A stretch of DNA of 64,000 bases from an uncultured Gammaproteobacteria bacterium. GTDB lineage: Bacteria > Patescibacteriota > Microgenomatia > UBA8517. The translations under genes and the position numbers were made by a program. The notes below the pieces were generated by a model. The model ran no database searches. It was not told the origin of the DNA and was given only the letters and a program-made list of their open reading frames with translations. The stretch spans positions 182,127-246,126 of the forward strand of contig CAYSAY010000001.1 in assembly GCA_964429215.1 (NCBI GenBank). The letters run 5' to 3'. Shown here piece by piece: positions 37,321 to 48,593 of the stretch. Position 1 is the stretch's first letter. Each line of letters starts with the position of its first letter.

Positions 37321-38781
37321 GTGGAAGAAGAAATTGGAATAGAAACAGTTAAGGAACGAAGTGTCCGCGGAATTGTCGTATTGACTGGTAGAACTTTTTT
37401 ACTTCAAATTATAAGTTTAGTTGCACAACTTTTTTTATTTGCTTATCTTGGTAGATACGAATTTGGAGTATTTGCCATAGTTTCTGCAATTATTAACTTT
37501 CTTGTTTATTTTTCGGATATTGGCCTTGCTGCAGCTTTAATACAGAAAAAGGAGAAGCCAACTGAATTAGATTTAAAAACCACATTTACAGTACAACAGA
37601 TTTTAGTATTTTTAATAATAGGAGTAGTTTTACTTTTAACCCCATTTTTTGCTGAAAAATACTCATTAACTACTGATGGGAGAGTACTTTTGTATGCATT
37701 AAGTGCATCGTTAGTTTTTTCATCTTTTAAGAGTATCCCATCAGTGTTGTTAGAGAGAAAGCTGGAATTTGTTAAATTAGTTTTTCCTCAGATTTTAGAG
37801 CAAATTGTCTATAACTTAGTACTTGTAGTAATGGCCATGAACGGAGCAGGTTTGGCTAGTTTTAGTGTAGCCGTTCTTATTAGGGGTGTTGTAGGCCTTG
37901 CAACTATTTATTATCTACAGCCTTGGAAACCCGGTATTGCATTTTCAAGAGAAACATTAAAAGGACTGTTTAAGTTTGGAATTCCATATCAAATTAATAC
38001 GTTTCTTGCTACATTAAAAGACGATGGCATGACCATTGTGTTAGGAAGTATAATCGGCCCTGTTGGGATTGGAATACTTTCTTTTGCTCAAAAAATTGCA
38101 AGGCTTCCGCTTACTTTTTTTATGGATACTGTAACACGTGTAACTTTTCCTGCATTTTCCAGACTTCAAGATTCTAAACATGATTTAGAAAGAAGCGTAA
38201 CTAGATCAATATTCTTTATTTGCTTGTTGGTGTTTCCAAGTCTTGCTGGAATAATTATTCTATCTCCTCTACTTGTTAAGGTCGTTCCTAGATATGAACA
38301 ATGGACCCCAGCTCTTTTGCCAATTATATTTATTTCGATAAACTTTGCCTTTGCTGGAGCTACGACACAACTAACTAATTTACTAAATGCTATTGGAAAG
38401 ATAAAAATAACTTTTTATCTCATGATTATGTGGACAGTTTTAACTTGGTTAATGGTTCCATTCCTTGCACTTAAATTTGGTGTAAATGGTGCATCCGTTG
38501 GATATTCATTAGTTGGGGCATCATCTTTGATAGCTATTTTTATAGCGAAAAAATATGTTAATTTTTCAATAGGAGATTCAATTGTTAAACCTTTAATCGG
38601 AACTGTATCTATGATGATCATACTATTAATTGTACGTAACTTTTTAGATGTAAGTGTTAATTCAATGTTTATATTAGGGTTAGTAGGTGTTCTTGTTTAT
38701 GGGTCTGCAATGATATCTATGATTGGTGTTTCTTTAATAGAAGATGCTAAAAAAAGCTTTAAAACTATATTTTCAAAATAA
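37321..38781 (+). CDS. Wzx-like oligosaccharide/polysaccharide flippase (MOP superfamily)
   Basis: About 14 TM helices; N-terminus RSVRGIVVLTGRTFLLQIISLV is typical of Wzx-family flippases. Confidence 0.65.
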   Translation: MEEEIGIETVKERSVRGIVVLTGRTFLLQIISLVAQLFLFAYLGRYEFGVFAIVSAIINFLVYFSDIGLAAALIQKKEKPTELDLKTTFTVQQILVFLIIGVVLLLTPFFAEKYSLTTDGRVLLYALSASLVFSSFKSIPSVLLERKLEFVKLVFPQILEQIVYNLVLVVMAMNGAGLASFSVAVLIRGVVGLATIYYLQPWKPGIAFSRETLKGLFKFGIPYQINTFLATLKDDGMTIVLGSIIGPVGIGILSFAQKIARLPLTFFMDTVTRVTFPAFSRLQDSKHDLERSVTRSIFFICLLVFPSLAGIIILSPLLVKVVPRYEQWTPALLPIIFISINFAFAGATTQLTNLLNAIGKIKITFYLMIMWTVLTWLMVPFLALKFGVNGASVGYSLVGASSLIAIFIAKKYVNFSIGDSIVKPLIGTVSMMIILLIVRNFLDVSVNSMFILGLVGVLVYGSAMISMIGVSLIEDAKKSFKTIFSK

Positions 38782-40417
38782 TATAAATTGGATTTTTGTT
38801 GTCCTAATTGGGTCAATTGCGTGGTGTTTAACAATTGTTAAAAGTGGTTGGAGATATGAATTCGGATATGGGTTTTGGGGTGCAAATGGTTATGATGGTA
38901 TATGGCATATTTCTTTAATTAATAATATGTCTAACTTCAATTTTGAAAATCCAGTATTTGCAGGAGAACTTATTAAAAATTATCATGTAGGTTTTGATTT
39001 GTTGCTTGGAATAATAAATAGAATAACTAATATACCTGCTTCAATATTATATTTTCAAATATTGCCTGTTATTTTGTCACTATCTATAGGACTATTGACT
39101 TATAAATTTGTATTTGAGTGGACCAATAGTAAAAAGTCAGCAATTTATTCTACAATGTTTACTTATTTTGGTGGGTCGATGGCTTGGTTACTAAATAAAG
39201 GAGAATCTACATTTTGGTCGCAACAGGCTATTTCGACATTAGTTAATCCACCATATGCATTGTCATTAGTTTTGATTCTGGCAGGTTTAATTTTATACAG
39301 GAGAAAAAATTATTTAAGTATAATATTTTTTGGTTTACTAATTTTTATCAAGGTTTATTCTGGACTTTTAATTATTGGAGGATTATTTGTTGCCGGAGTT
39401 TATGATTACTACAAAAATAAAAATAAATTTACTTTAAAGATTTTTGTAGGTACTTTATTGTTGTCTTTTACCCTTTATGTTCCATTTAATTTAAATAGTG
39501 CAGGATTAATTAAGTGGGAACCCTTTTGGTTTTTGGAATCCATGTTTGCGGCAGGGGATAGATTAATATGGCCAAAAATGGCAGAGGCAATGCTTTCTTA
39601 TAAAAATCAATCAGTTATTTTAAAATTTGGAATAGCTTATGGTTTTGCTTTTACATTATTTATATTAGGTAATTTTTGGACTCGACTTATTTTTATTAAG
39701 GATCTGTTTAAAAAAGTTGATTCAATTAAACTGATATTATTGTTTGCGATTATTGCAGGAGTTACTATTCCAACTTTTTTTGTTCAATCAGGTACACCTT
39801 GGAACACGATTCAGTTTATGTATTATTCATTATTTTTTAGTGGAATATTGAGCGGAATCACCCTTAGTAAAACAAAGTCTTTATTTTCTTTAATTATTTT
39901 TATTGTAACTATACCAACTACATATATAAGTTTGACATCAATGTATGTGACAAATACTCCACCCGCAATTGTTTCAAAAGGCGAAATAGAGGCTTTAAAC
40001 GTATTGAAGAATCTTAAAGATGATGGTGGTGTGGTTTTGACATATCCTTATGATTTAGCGTTTGGTCCAGTTCCTCTTCCTAATCATATTCCATTATATA
40101 AATATGCTACGACTTCATATGTGTCTGCATACAGTTTAAAGAATTTATATTTTGAGCGTACAAATTTAGAGATTATGGGTTATGACTGGGTCGGTAGAAG
40201 AAATAATGTGGAGACATTTTTTACAACACTAGATATAAGTATTGCAAAGGCTTTTCTTAATGATAATAATATTAAATATTTGTATTTGGTTAAAGAAATG
40301 ACTCCATTGTCTGGGGAGTTGTTAAAGATTGGACCTGCTGATTTGGGGTTAACGAAGATTTTTGAGAATAAAGAAAGTATAATATACATATATGCCAAAG
40401 ATTTCGGCAGTTATTAA
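38744..40417 (+). CDS. Polytopic membrane protein, paralog family B (FW..G.DG.WH motif); putative glycan polymerase or transferase
   Basis: Homologous to the minus-strand gene at 54836-56707 (GFWGANGYDGIWH versus VFWSAHGHDGTWH). More than 10 TM helices. Confidence 0.5.
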   Translation: MLKKALKLYFQNNINWIFVVLIGSIAWCLTIVKSGWRYEFGYGFWGANGYDGIWHISLINNMSNFNFENPVFAGELIKNYHVGFDLLLGIINRITNIPASILYFQILPVILSLSIGLLTYKFVFEWTNSKKSAIYSTMFTYFGGSMAWLLNKGESTFWSQQAISTLVNPPYALSLVLILAGLILYRRKNYLSIIFFGLLIFIKVYSGLLIIGGLFVAGVYDYYKNKNKFTLKIFVGTLLLSFTLYVPFNLNSAGLIKWEPFWFLESMFAAGDRLIWPKMAEAMLSYKNQSVILKFGIAYGFAFTLFILGNFWTRLIFIKDLFKKVDSIKLILLFAIIAGVTIPTFFVQSGTPWNTIQFMYYSLFFSGILSGITLSKTKSLFSLIIFIVTIPTTYISLTSMYVTNTPPAIVSKGEIEALNVLKNLKDDGGVVLTYPYDLAFGPVPLPNHIPLYKYATTSYVSAYSLKNLYFERTNLEIMGYDWVGRRNNVETFFTTLDISIAKAFLNDNNIKYLYLVKEMTPLSGELLKIGPADLGLTKIFENKESIIYIYAKDFGSY

Positions 40418-41300
40418 TACCAATAATGAAGAGAAGAGGTTGCCACGAGCACTAGCCTCTCTTAAAGGATTTGCAAATGAAATAGTTGTCGTCGACATGA
40501 TGTCTACCGATTCATCGCGTGAAATCGCTAAGAAATTTGGCGCACGAGTATTTAAACACAAAAAGTTAAGTTTTGTGGAACCAGCAAGGAATTTCGCGAT
40601 AGAAAAAGCTAAATATGATTGGATTTTAATATTAGATCCTGATGAAGAAATTCCGGAAAGTTTAAAACTTTTCCTCAAAAAAGAAATAAAAGAATCCAAG
40701 GCTGACTATTATAGAATACCAAGAAAAAATATTATTTTTGGTAAATGGATGAAACATACTGGCTGGTGGCCAGATTTAAATATTAGATTTTTTAAGAAAG
40801 GGAGCGTGACTTGGAATCAAGTTATTCATTCTGTTCCTATGACTACAGGTACTGGAATTGATTTGCCTATTAAGGAAGAGTTTGCATTGAAACACAACGC
40901 ATATTCGTCTGTAGAGGAGTATGTATCAAGGATGAATAGGTATACAGGTGTTCAAGCACGAGAATTAAATCGTAAGAATGTTCAATTTAATTGGGCAATG
41001 CTTGTGACTAAGCCTTTATCTGAATTCTTAAGAAGATATTTTGCTGAAGAAGGATTTAAAGACGGTACACATGGACTTGCACTTTCGTTACTTCAATCGT
41101 TATCTGAATTAGTTGTTTATGTAAAGTTGTGGCAAAAACAGGACTTTAAAAAGAAAAAAATAGAAATTTATGATTTGCAAAACTTATTCTCCAAAGCAGG
41201 GAAAGAGTTAATTTGGTGGCTTGATGAGTCTAAAATTAGAGTAAGCAAAAATATATTCAAAACTATATGGTTAAAAATAGAGAGAAAAATAAAATTGTGA
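40392..41300 (+). CDS. Glycosyltransferase family 2
   Basis: ISAVINTNNEEKRLPRALASL...EIVVVDMMSTD...LDPDE. Confidence 0.65.
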   Translation: MPKISAVINTNNEEKRLPRALASLKGFANEIVVVDMMSTDSSREIAKKFGARVFKHKKLSFVEPARNFAIEKAKYDWILILDPDEEIPESLKLFLKKEIKESKADYYRIPRKNIIFGKWMKHTGWWPDLNIRFFKKGSVTWNQVIHSVPMTTGTGIDLPIKEEFALKHNAYSSVEEYVSRMNRYTGVQARELNRKNVQFNWAMLVTKPLSEFLRRYFAEEGFKDGTHGLALSLLQSLSELVVYVKLWQKQDFKKKKIEIYDLQNLFSKAGKELIWWLDESKIRVSKNIFKTIWLKIERKIKL

Positions 41301-42016
41301 AGGCTTCGGTTTCTGTAATTATTCTTAAAGGTGAAAAAACAGATAATGAATTGTTAACCAAGTGTTTAAAGTCTGTCAGTTGGGCTGATGAGATAGTAAC
41401 AATTGAGACTCAAAAAATAAATGGAAGCTTTTCTGAATGGAGAAACGAAGGAATTAAAAAATCTAAGGGGGATTGGATATTTTATGTAGATACAGATGAA
41501 GAAGTTACGCAAAATCTTCAAAGGGAAATTGAGTTAATAATTACAAATGAAAAATTAAGAATTTACACGTATGCTGTGCCACGCAGGAATATTATTTTTG
41601 GTAAAGAATTTAAACATTCAGGTCAGTACCCGGATTATCAAATTAGGTTATTTAAAAAAACAAATTTGAAAAAATGGGTAGGGAAATTGCATGAACAACC
41701 TGAATATGAAGGTATATTGGGGTATTTAAAAAATTCATTAGTTCATCACAAAAACATGACTATTTCTGAAATGATTGATAAGACAAATAAATGGTCAGAG
41801 ATTGAAGCTGATTTGATGATTGAAGCAAAACATCCTCCGATGAACTTTGTCAGGTTTTTAACTGCAGGCTTACGAGAGTTTAGTCTTTGGTTTGTAAAGG
41901 AGAAGGCTTTTTTAGATGGTAAAGAAGGCGTTATCTATGGAATTTATCAGATTTATAGTAAACTCATTTCATATTCCAAATTATGGGAAAAGCAGCAATC
42001 TACAATCCGTATTTAG
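41296..42016 (+). CDS. Glycosyltransferase family 2 (paralog of 40392 and 62626)
   Basis: VSVIILKGEKTDNELLTKCLKSV...DEIVTIET...VDTDE. The GTG start overlaps the upstream TGA. Confidence 0.6.
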
Positions 42017-43017
42017 ACACACTTGGTGGTGGGGAGAAATATACAATGGCATTTGCCAATGTTCTAGCTGAGTTGGGATATACAGTACATGTCGAGTGGA
42101 AAAATGTTGAAATCAAATCAAAAATTGAAAAAAGATTTGGAATAAAGTTACATGAAAATATAAGTTTTATAACTTCTATCAATCGAGGTGAGGGGTATGA
42201 TTTGTGTTTTTGGGTAAGTGATGGAAGTATACCTACACTACGTTCAAGAAATAATATAATTCATTTTCAGGTTCCTTTCACTGGGGTTGGGGGTAATTCA
42301 TTACTTAACAAGATGAAGCTTTTTAGAGTTAATAAAGTTGTATGTAACTCTATTTTTACCAAGAGGGTTATAGATAAAGAGTATAGGGTAGACTCAGAGG
42401 TTGTCTATCCACCAATTGATACTAAGATGTTTAAACCAAAAAGAAAGGAAAATATTATTTTGTATGTAGGTAGATTTTCGAATTTATTACAATCAAAGGG
42501 TCAAGATAAATTGGTGGATGAGTTTAAAAAATTATATTCAAATGGATTTTCAAATTGGAAATTAGTATTAGCTGGAGGTGTTGAGGTTGGTGCAGATAAA
42601 AATGTGAAGCAATTAAAAAAAATGGTTGGAAAATATCCAATAGAAATTATTGAGAGTCCTAGTTTTAGTGAAATCAAGAATTTATATGGAAAGTCAAAAT
42701 TGTTTTGGTCAGCATCAGGATTTGGATCAAATGAAATAAAAAATCCTGAGAAAGTTGAACATTTTGGTATGACTTTGGTTGAAGCAATGTCTGCGGGTTG
42801 TGTTCCAGTCGTTTATAACGCTGGCGGACACAAGGAAATAATTGAATCTGGTATTAATGGCTACTTGTGGCAAAATAAAAGAGAATTAGTTAGTTTTACT
42901 AAAAAGTTAATTGGAGGAAAAGGATTGATAAAGGAGATGTCTGCCAAAGCTATCGAGTCGTCATTAAAATATGATAATGAAATTTTTAAACAAAAGATTA
43001 TTAAACTTCTTAACTAA
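41983..43017 (+). CDS. Glycosyltransferase family 4 (GT-B fold)
   Basis: C-terminal EHFGMTLVEAMSAGCVPVVYNAGGHKEII (EX7E-type motif). Confidence 0.7.
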   Translation: MGKAAIYNPYLDTLGGGEKYTMAFANVLAELGYTVHVEWKNVEIKSKIEKRFGIKLHENISFITSINRGEGYDLCFWVSDGSIPTLRSRNNIIHFQVPFTGVGGNSLLNKMKLFRVNKVVCNSIFTKRVIDKEYRVDSEVVYPPIDTKMFKPKRKENIILYVGRFSNLLQSKGQDKLVDEFKKLYSNGFSNWKLVLAGGVEVGADKNVKQLKKMVGKYPIEIIESPSFSEIKNLYGKSKLFWSASGFGSNEIKNPEKVEHFGMTLVEAMSAGCVPVVYNAGGHKEIIESGINGYLWQNKRELVSFTKKLIGGKGLIKEMSAKAIESSLKYDNEIFKQKIIKLLN

Positions 43018-45343
43018 ATTTTATCCATATTTAATTTTTGTTATATTAATTGTGATCTTTTTCTGGAAATCATTTATTTTGGGTCATGTTCCTTTACCTG
43101 CTGATTTAGTAGTTGGTGCGTATTTTCCTTGGTTGGATTATAAATGGGGGTATGATGTTGGAGTACCTGTTAAAAATTTAATTACATCTGATGTAGTCTC
43201 TGTAATTTATCCTCTTAGAATATATGCTCTGGAATTATTATCAAGAGAGGAAAGTATATTGTGGAACCCTCTTATGTTTGGAGGATATCCATTACTAGCT
43301 AATTTTCAATTAGGTTTATTGTTTCCAACAATTATTTTATATTCAATTTTTTCAAATGCTAGTGCTTGGACAACACAAATTATATTACAGCCTTTATTTG
43401 CAATGGTAACTTCCTTTGTATTTTTAAGACACTTTAGAATTTCTAAAGCTAGTTCGATTTTAGGATCTGTAGTGTACGCTTTTTCTGGATTTAATATGAT
43501 TTGGATGGAATGGGGTGCACATTCTATGACATCTGCATTTATCCCACTTATTATGTATGTAATTGCTAATTTTATTGAGAGTCGAAAAATTAAGTGGGGA
43601 ATATTATTGTCTTTATTTATTACTTTGCAAATATTTTCTGGATATCCACAGTTATTAATATATACTGCTTTTGCCTCTATTTTGTTTATTCTAATAGTTT
43701 ATTGGGGCAAGTTTAGTTTAAATGATATATTTTGGTTAATATTTTATTCAACTCTGGGTGTACTTGTGTCTTCTGTTCAGCTCATACCTTCGTTAGAACT
43801 TTTAAAAGAATCGCAAAGAGTAAATGAGAATCTTTCATATGATCTTATATATTTACCATGGCAAAACTGGATATCTTTTTTTGCACCAGATTTCTATGGT
43901 AATCATGCAACTGGTAATTTTTGGGGAATTGGAAATTATACGAATAATGTAGGTTACAGTGGAATAATACCATTGTTACTTTCTCTCGTAGCGCTATGCA
44001 GTTTTAAAAAAAATAATTTAGTTAAATTATTTGTAATTTTATTTGTGGTAAGTCTCATCTTTTCATTTCCATTTCCTTGGACTAAATATTTATATTCTTT
44101 GAATTTACCTGGAATTGGAGCATCTTCATTGACTCGCATTTTAATTTTGACAAACCTTGCAGTTGCGTATTTGTCAGCAATTGGACTTGAGTTGTTATCT
44201 AGAAAAATTAAAACAAAAGTTTTATTTGTGTCGTTTATGCCTATATTAGTTTTAATGTGCCAGATTATTTATAGCTATATTATGTTTAAAAATGGTAGCC
44301 AAAATTATTTAATTGGATTTAGAAATTTGTTTTTTCCTTTGGTCTATTCATTTATCTCATTTTTGTTGATTCTTGTAGTTTATTGGAAACCTAAGTTATC
44401 TAACGTAGTATTGATATCTATTATATTTTTGTCTATTGCAGAATTATTCAGATTTGGTTGGAAATATACACCATTTTCAAAACCATCACTAATTTTTCCT
44501 TCAACGCCAATAACTAATTTCTTAGTTAAAGACAAAACTCTTTTTAGGGCACATTATGTTGATGTAATACCAATGAATATGTGGTCTGCTTATGGTTTAC
44601 AGTCTGTCTCTGGATATGATGCTCTTTACCCCTTAAGTATCGCAAAGTATATTGCAGTCACAAATTCTGGTACTGCTTTGTCTAATCCGTTGAATAGGCA
44701 TGGTTCGATTAATAATTTAAATTCAAAATTATTTAACTTGTCAAATAATAAGTATGTTCTAGCCATGAAAAAGAATGATAAAAATGAGCCGAGTATTAAT
44801 GGAGTAATTAGTGAAAAATATAATTCAAAGCAATTTGCAAATGTATTTGATGATAGATCCGTCGCGGTTTTAGAAAATAAAGAAGTATTACCAAGGATAT
44901 TTTTTGTTTCTGATTGGAAAATTGAAAAGGACGATGAGAAAACATTAACTCAGTTGCTTGATCCTGTGTTTGATTTAAAAAATAAAATAGTAATTTCTGA
45001 TGAATTTAAGGATTTTGTTCAAAGTGAAAAAATACCAAAATATGAAATTAGTAATGTTATGTATCAATCTGGAAAAGTAAGTTTTGATTTGAACTCTGAT
45101 ACTGATGGATTTATATTTCTTTCTGATACCTACTATCCTGGATGGAGGTCATTTGTAGATAGTAATGAGGTGAAGATATTCAAAGCAGACTTCGCTTTTA
45201 GAGCAATACCTGTGACTAAGGGGTCTCATAATATCTTGTTTATTTATGATCCAATATCGTTTAGAATAGGAAAGTTAGTTTCTGGATTATCTTTGTTTTT
45301 GTTATTATTAATTTTTATATATGGATACAAAAAAAATAGGTGA
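42971..45343 (+). CDS. YfhO-family membrane protein (GT-C fold glycosyltransferase)
   Basis: 790 aa; N-terminus GHVPLPADLVVGAYFPW...ILWNPLMFGGYP is characteristic of YfhO; many TM helices plus a C-terminal extracytoplasmic domain. Confidence 0.7.
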   Translation: MIMKFLNKRLLNFLTKFYPYLIFVILIVIFFWKSFILGHVPLPADLVVGAYFPWLDYKWGYDVGVPVKNLITSDVVSVIYPLRIYALELLSREESILWNPLMFGGYPLLANFQLGLLFPTIILYSIFSNASAWTTQIILQPLFAMVTSFVFLRHFRISKASSILGSVVYAFSGFNMIWMEWGAHSMTSAFIPLIMYVIANFIESRKIKWGILLSLFITLQIFSGYPQLLIYTAFASILFILIVYWGKFSLNDIFWLIFYSTLGVLVSSVQLIPSLELLKESQRVNENLSYDLIYLPWQNWISFFAPDFYGNHATGNFWGIGNYTNNVGYSGIIPLLLSLVALCSFKKNNLVKLFVILFVVSLIFSFPFPWTKYLYSLNLPGIGASSLTRILILTNLAVAYLSAIGLELLSRKIKTKVLFVSFMPILVLMCQIIYSYIMFKNGSQNYLIGFRNLFFPLVYSFISFLLILVVYWKPKLSNVVLISIIFLSIAELFRFGWKYTPFSKPSLIFPSTPITNFLVKDKTLFRAHYVDVIPMNMWSAYGLQSVSGYDALYPLSIAKYIAVTNSGTALSNPLNRHGSINNLNSKLFNLSNNKYVLAMKKNDKNEPSINGVISEKYNSKQFANVFDDRSVAVLENKEVLPRIFFVSDWKIEKDDEKTLTQLLDPVFDLKNKIVISDEFKDFVQSEKIPKYEISNVMYQSGKVSFDLNSDTDGFIFLSDTYYPGWRSFVDSNEVKIFKADFAFRAIPVTKGSHNILFIYDPISFRIGKLVSGLSLFLLLLIFIYGYKKNR

Positions 45344-45971
45344 GGATTTACACGAACATGTTCCAGCAAATTGGTACTTCGAATCTTTAAAGAAAGATCC
45401 ATTCCAAAAACTTTGGCATACTACACGGTTTAGAGAAGTAAGAAAAGTTGCATCTTCTGCAGACTCAGTACTTGATGTTGGGTGTGCAGATGGAGTGTTC
45501 TCGAATGTAATTTTTAAAAAGATAAATCCTAAAAAATATATTGGTTTAGACGTAGTAAAGACTTCAATTGCTTGGGCAAAGAAACATTGGGCAAAAAACA
45601 AGAGAATGAAGTTTGTAGTTGGTGATGCTCATAACCTTACATTTAAAGATAATCAGTTTGATGCAGTTTTTTGTCTTGAAGCTTTGGAACATGTCGCGGA
45701 TCCAATTAAGGTCTTAAAAGAGTTTAAAAGAGTTATGAAAAAAGATGGTTATGGAGTATTTTTAGTACCATCTGATAATGATCTATTTAAAATTGTTTGG
45801 TGGGTTTGGTTGCATTTTTATCCTAGAGGTTGGGTTTGGAGAGAAACACATATTCAAACATATCGTAATAACTATCTTCCAATAGCTTGTAAAAAAGCTG
45901 GATTTAAAGTGGAGATAGATAAAAAATTCAATTTAGGTATGTTGCACTTAGTCAAGGTAAGGAAATCATGA
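45321..45971 (+). CDS. Class I SAM-dependent methyltransferase
   Basis: VLDVGCADGVFS motif I and downstream motifs. Confidence 0.65.
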   Translation: MDTKKIGEDLHEHVPANWYFESLKKDPFQKLWHTTRFREVRKVASSADSVLDVGCADGVFSNVIFKKINPKKYIGLDVVKTSIAWAKKHWAKNKRMKFVVGDAHNLTFKDNQFDAVFCLEALEHVADPIKVLKEFKRVMKKDGYGVFLVPSDNDLFKIVWWVWLHFYPRGWVWRETHIQTYRNNYLPIACKKAGFKVEIDKKFNLGMLHLVKVRKS

Positions 45972-46876
45972 ATTTGACCAGTAAATTTAAAGTATCCGTT
46001 GTAATTCCTAATATTAATGGCAAGTTTTTGTTGGAGAAAAACCTTCCTAAAATATTTAATATTGTAAATAATCCTAGAAATAATATTTTAGAAGTTGTAA
46101 TTGTTGATGATGGAAGTACTGATGATAGTGTTAAGTTTTTAGAGAAAGAATATAAAGGAAAAATAAAATTAATTAAGCATACTAAGAATAGAGGATTTTT
46201 AACTGCAGTTAATACAGGAGTTAGATCGACAAAAGGAGATTTAATATTACTTTTAAATACTGATGTGTACCCAGAGGATAATTTTTTGGAATATGTATTC
46301 CCTCATTTTGAGAACAAGCAAGTGTTTGCTGTATCAACCCATGAAAAAGGTTTTGGAGCAACTCGAGGATTGTTTGTAGATGGTTATATTAGTCTGAGTA
46401 TGGCTCCAGAGACTAAATCCTCGGACAATTGTTTTTACGCAAATGGTAGTGGGGGCGTATTTCGAAAAAGTATTTGGCAAAAACTTGGTGGAATGGATGA
46501 GAAATTATTATCTCCAAATTATTGGGATGCAATCGATATTTGTTTCAGAGCCTCTAAAAGAGGATATGTAAATATATGGGAACCAAATTCTGTGGTGACT
46601 CATAAACATGAACCTACAAAATCAAATTTTTCTGAAAAATATATGTTAAAAGTAAAGGAAAGAAATCAGTTGTTGATGATTTGGAAAAATATTCATAGTA
46701 AGAATTTGATTTCTAAGCATATCGGCGCTGTTTTTGCGAGATGTTTAAGGCACCCGGGATATATCAAAATTGTGTTGATGGCACTATCTAGATTGCCTAT
46801 TTTACTCAAAGCTAGAAAAAAAGAAATTAAAGAATGCGTAGTAAGTGATGAAGCCGTGTTTCAAAAGTTTATTTAG
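45968..46876 (+). CDS. Glycosyltransferase family 2
   Basis: VSVVIPNINGKFLLEKNL...VVIVDDGSTDDS...LNTDV. Confidence 0.7.
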   Translation: MNLTSKFKVSVVIPNINGKFLLEKNLPKIFNIVNNPRNNILEVVIVDDGSTDDSVKFLEKEYKGKIKLIKHTKNRGFLTAVNTGVRSTKGDLILLLNTDVYPEDNFLEYVFPHFENKQVFAVSTHEKGFGATRGLFVDGYISLSMAPETKSSDNCFYANGSGGVFRKSIWQKLGGMDEKLLSPNYWDAIDICFRASKRGYVNIWEPNSVVTHKHEPTKSNFSEKYMLKVKERNQLLMIWKNIHSKNLISKHIGAVFARCLRHPGYIKIVLMALSRLPILLKARKKEIKECVVSDEAVFQKFI

Positions 46877-46907
46877 GAGCAAATTGCTGTAGAATATATA
46901 TAGCTAT

Positions 46908-48593
46908 ATGCTTAAAATTGTTAAAAATAGACTCTTCTGGATTATCTTGGTCATTATATTTTCAATTCCTGCAGTTTGGAATCTTTTAAGGCCTGGATTT
47001 TTTCCAATGCAGGATGATTTACAAGCTTTTCGTGTCCAGCAAATGGACAAATGTATTCAAGATGCACAAATTCCATGTCGTTGGGTACCTGACGCAGGGT
47101 ATGGTTATGGTTATCCTCAATTTAATTACTATCCACCCCTTCCATATTATATTGGTGCGCTTATGCATAGAGTTGGTATCCAATACATAGATACTGTAAA
47201 AATATTATTTATTTTTGGTTATGTCGCTTCAGCTGTTTCTATATTTATTTTAATTGAAGCCTTAATTGGGTCTTGGCCTGCTTTTGTGTCGTCTATCCTT
47301 TACACATATATTCCGTATAAGGCTGTAGAGGTCTATGTTAGAGGAGCATTGAGTGAGTTTTGGGCGCTTACATTTTTCCCTTTGATATTGTGGGCAATTT
47401 ATAAATTGATTACCTCGGGAAGTAAAAAGTATTTTATATTGTTCTCTATTTATTTAGGATTACTTTTTACAACTCATAATTTGATGACCTTAATCTTTGC
47501 CCCTGTTGCGATTATATGGGCTATTTATTGGTTGTACGCAGAAAAGAAGATGAATAAAATGTTTATGAAGGTCGGTTTATCGGGGCTATTGGGTGTTGGG
47601 TTGGCTGCTTTTTTTACATTACCTGTAATTTTTGAAAAACAGTTTGTTCACGTAGAGTCTATGCTGTCAGGATATTTTGATTATCGTGCACACTTTGTCA
47701 ATTTATATAAAATATTTCTCTCTAGAGAATGGGGTTATGGGTCATCAGGTTTTCCAAATGAACTTCTTAATCTCTCTACGGGGTTGATTCAGTGGATAGT
47801 TGGAATAATTGCATTATTCTATGGAATTAAATATTTAAAAAAGGATCGCAAATCTTCTTTGTTGGTGATTGTTTTATCTGCAATTGAATTAATAACTTTG
47901 TTTATGATCCACATGAAATCGAGTTTTATTTGGGCACAAATCCCAGCTCTTTGGTATTTACAATTCCCTTGGAGATTTTTAGCTGTTAGTATATTTTTGC
48001 TTTCTACTTTAGGTGCATATGCAGTTTATTTTTCTGGAAAGTTTAAATATGTTTTTGGAACCATTCTTGTTATTTCTGCAATTTTCGTGAATATAGGTTT
48101 TTTTGTTCCAAAAGATTGGCTATACATAACTGATTCAGATAAGTTTTCTGGGATAAGTTGGCAGAAACAAATGACTATAAGTATTTTTGATTATCTCCCT
48201 ATATACGCAACTCTACCACCTATTAATGAAGCACCTAAGGTTCCCGAAATAATGGATGGGAAAGCAGAAATAATTGATTACAAAAAGGGGAGTGACTTTC
48301 AAATGGGGAGTATCAAAGTATTAGAAGATGCAAACATTCGTTTACCACTGTTTGATTTTCCTGGAATGAAGGTTTGGTTAAATGGTAAAGAAATAACTCA
48401 TTATAATAATGATTGTAGAGGTACAGACTTTTGTTACGGACTTATTTCATTCGCAGTTCCAAAAGGTGAGCATAAAATTGAAGTTAAATTAACTGATACA
48501 CCTATTAGAAGAATAGGAAATATAATTTCGATTTTAAGTATAATAGTACTATTAGCATTGATATTTATTAAATATGATACAAAAACTAAGTAA
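46908..48593 (+). CDS. Polytopic membrane protein, paralog family C (QDDL...IPCRWVPD motif), first of three tandem copies; putative GT-C-type glycosyltransferase
   Basis: TM1, then a loop with DD and CRWVPD, then about 12 TM helices, then a C-terminal soluble beta-rich domain. Confidence 0.5.
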   Translation: MLKIVKNRLFWIILVIIFSIPAVWNLLRPGFFPMQDDLQAFRVQQMDKCIQDAQIPCRWVPDAGYGYGYPQFNYYPPLPYYIGALMHRVGIQYIDTVKILFIFGYVASAVSIFILIEALIGSWPAFVSSILYTYIPYKAVEVYVRGALSEFWALTFFPLILWAIYKLITSGSKKYFILFSIYLGLLFTTHNLMTLIFAPVAIIWAIYWLYAEKKMNKMFMKVGLSGLLGVGLAAFFTLPVIFEKQFVHVESMLSGYFDYRAHFVNLYKIFLSREWGYGSSGFPNELLNLSTGLIQWIVGIIALFYGIKYLKKDRKSSLLVIVLSAIELITLFMIHMKSSFIWAQIPALWYLQFPWRFLAVSIFLLSTLGAYAVYFSGKFKYVFGTILVISAIFVNIGFFVPKDWLYITDSDKFSGISWQKQMTISIFDYLPIYATLPPINEAPKVPEIMDGKAEIIDYKKGSDFQMGSIKVLEDANIRLPLFDFPGMKVWLNGKEITHYNNDCRGTDFCYGLISFAVPKGEHKIEVKLTDTPIRRIGNIISILSIIVLLALIFIKYDTKTK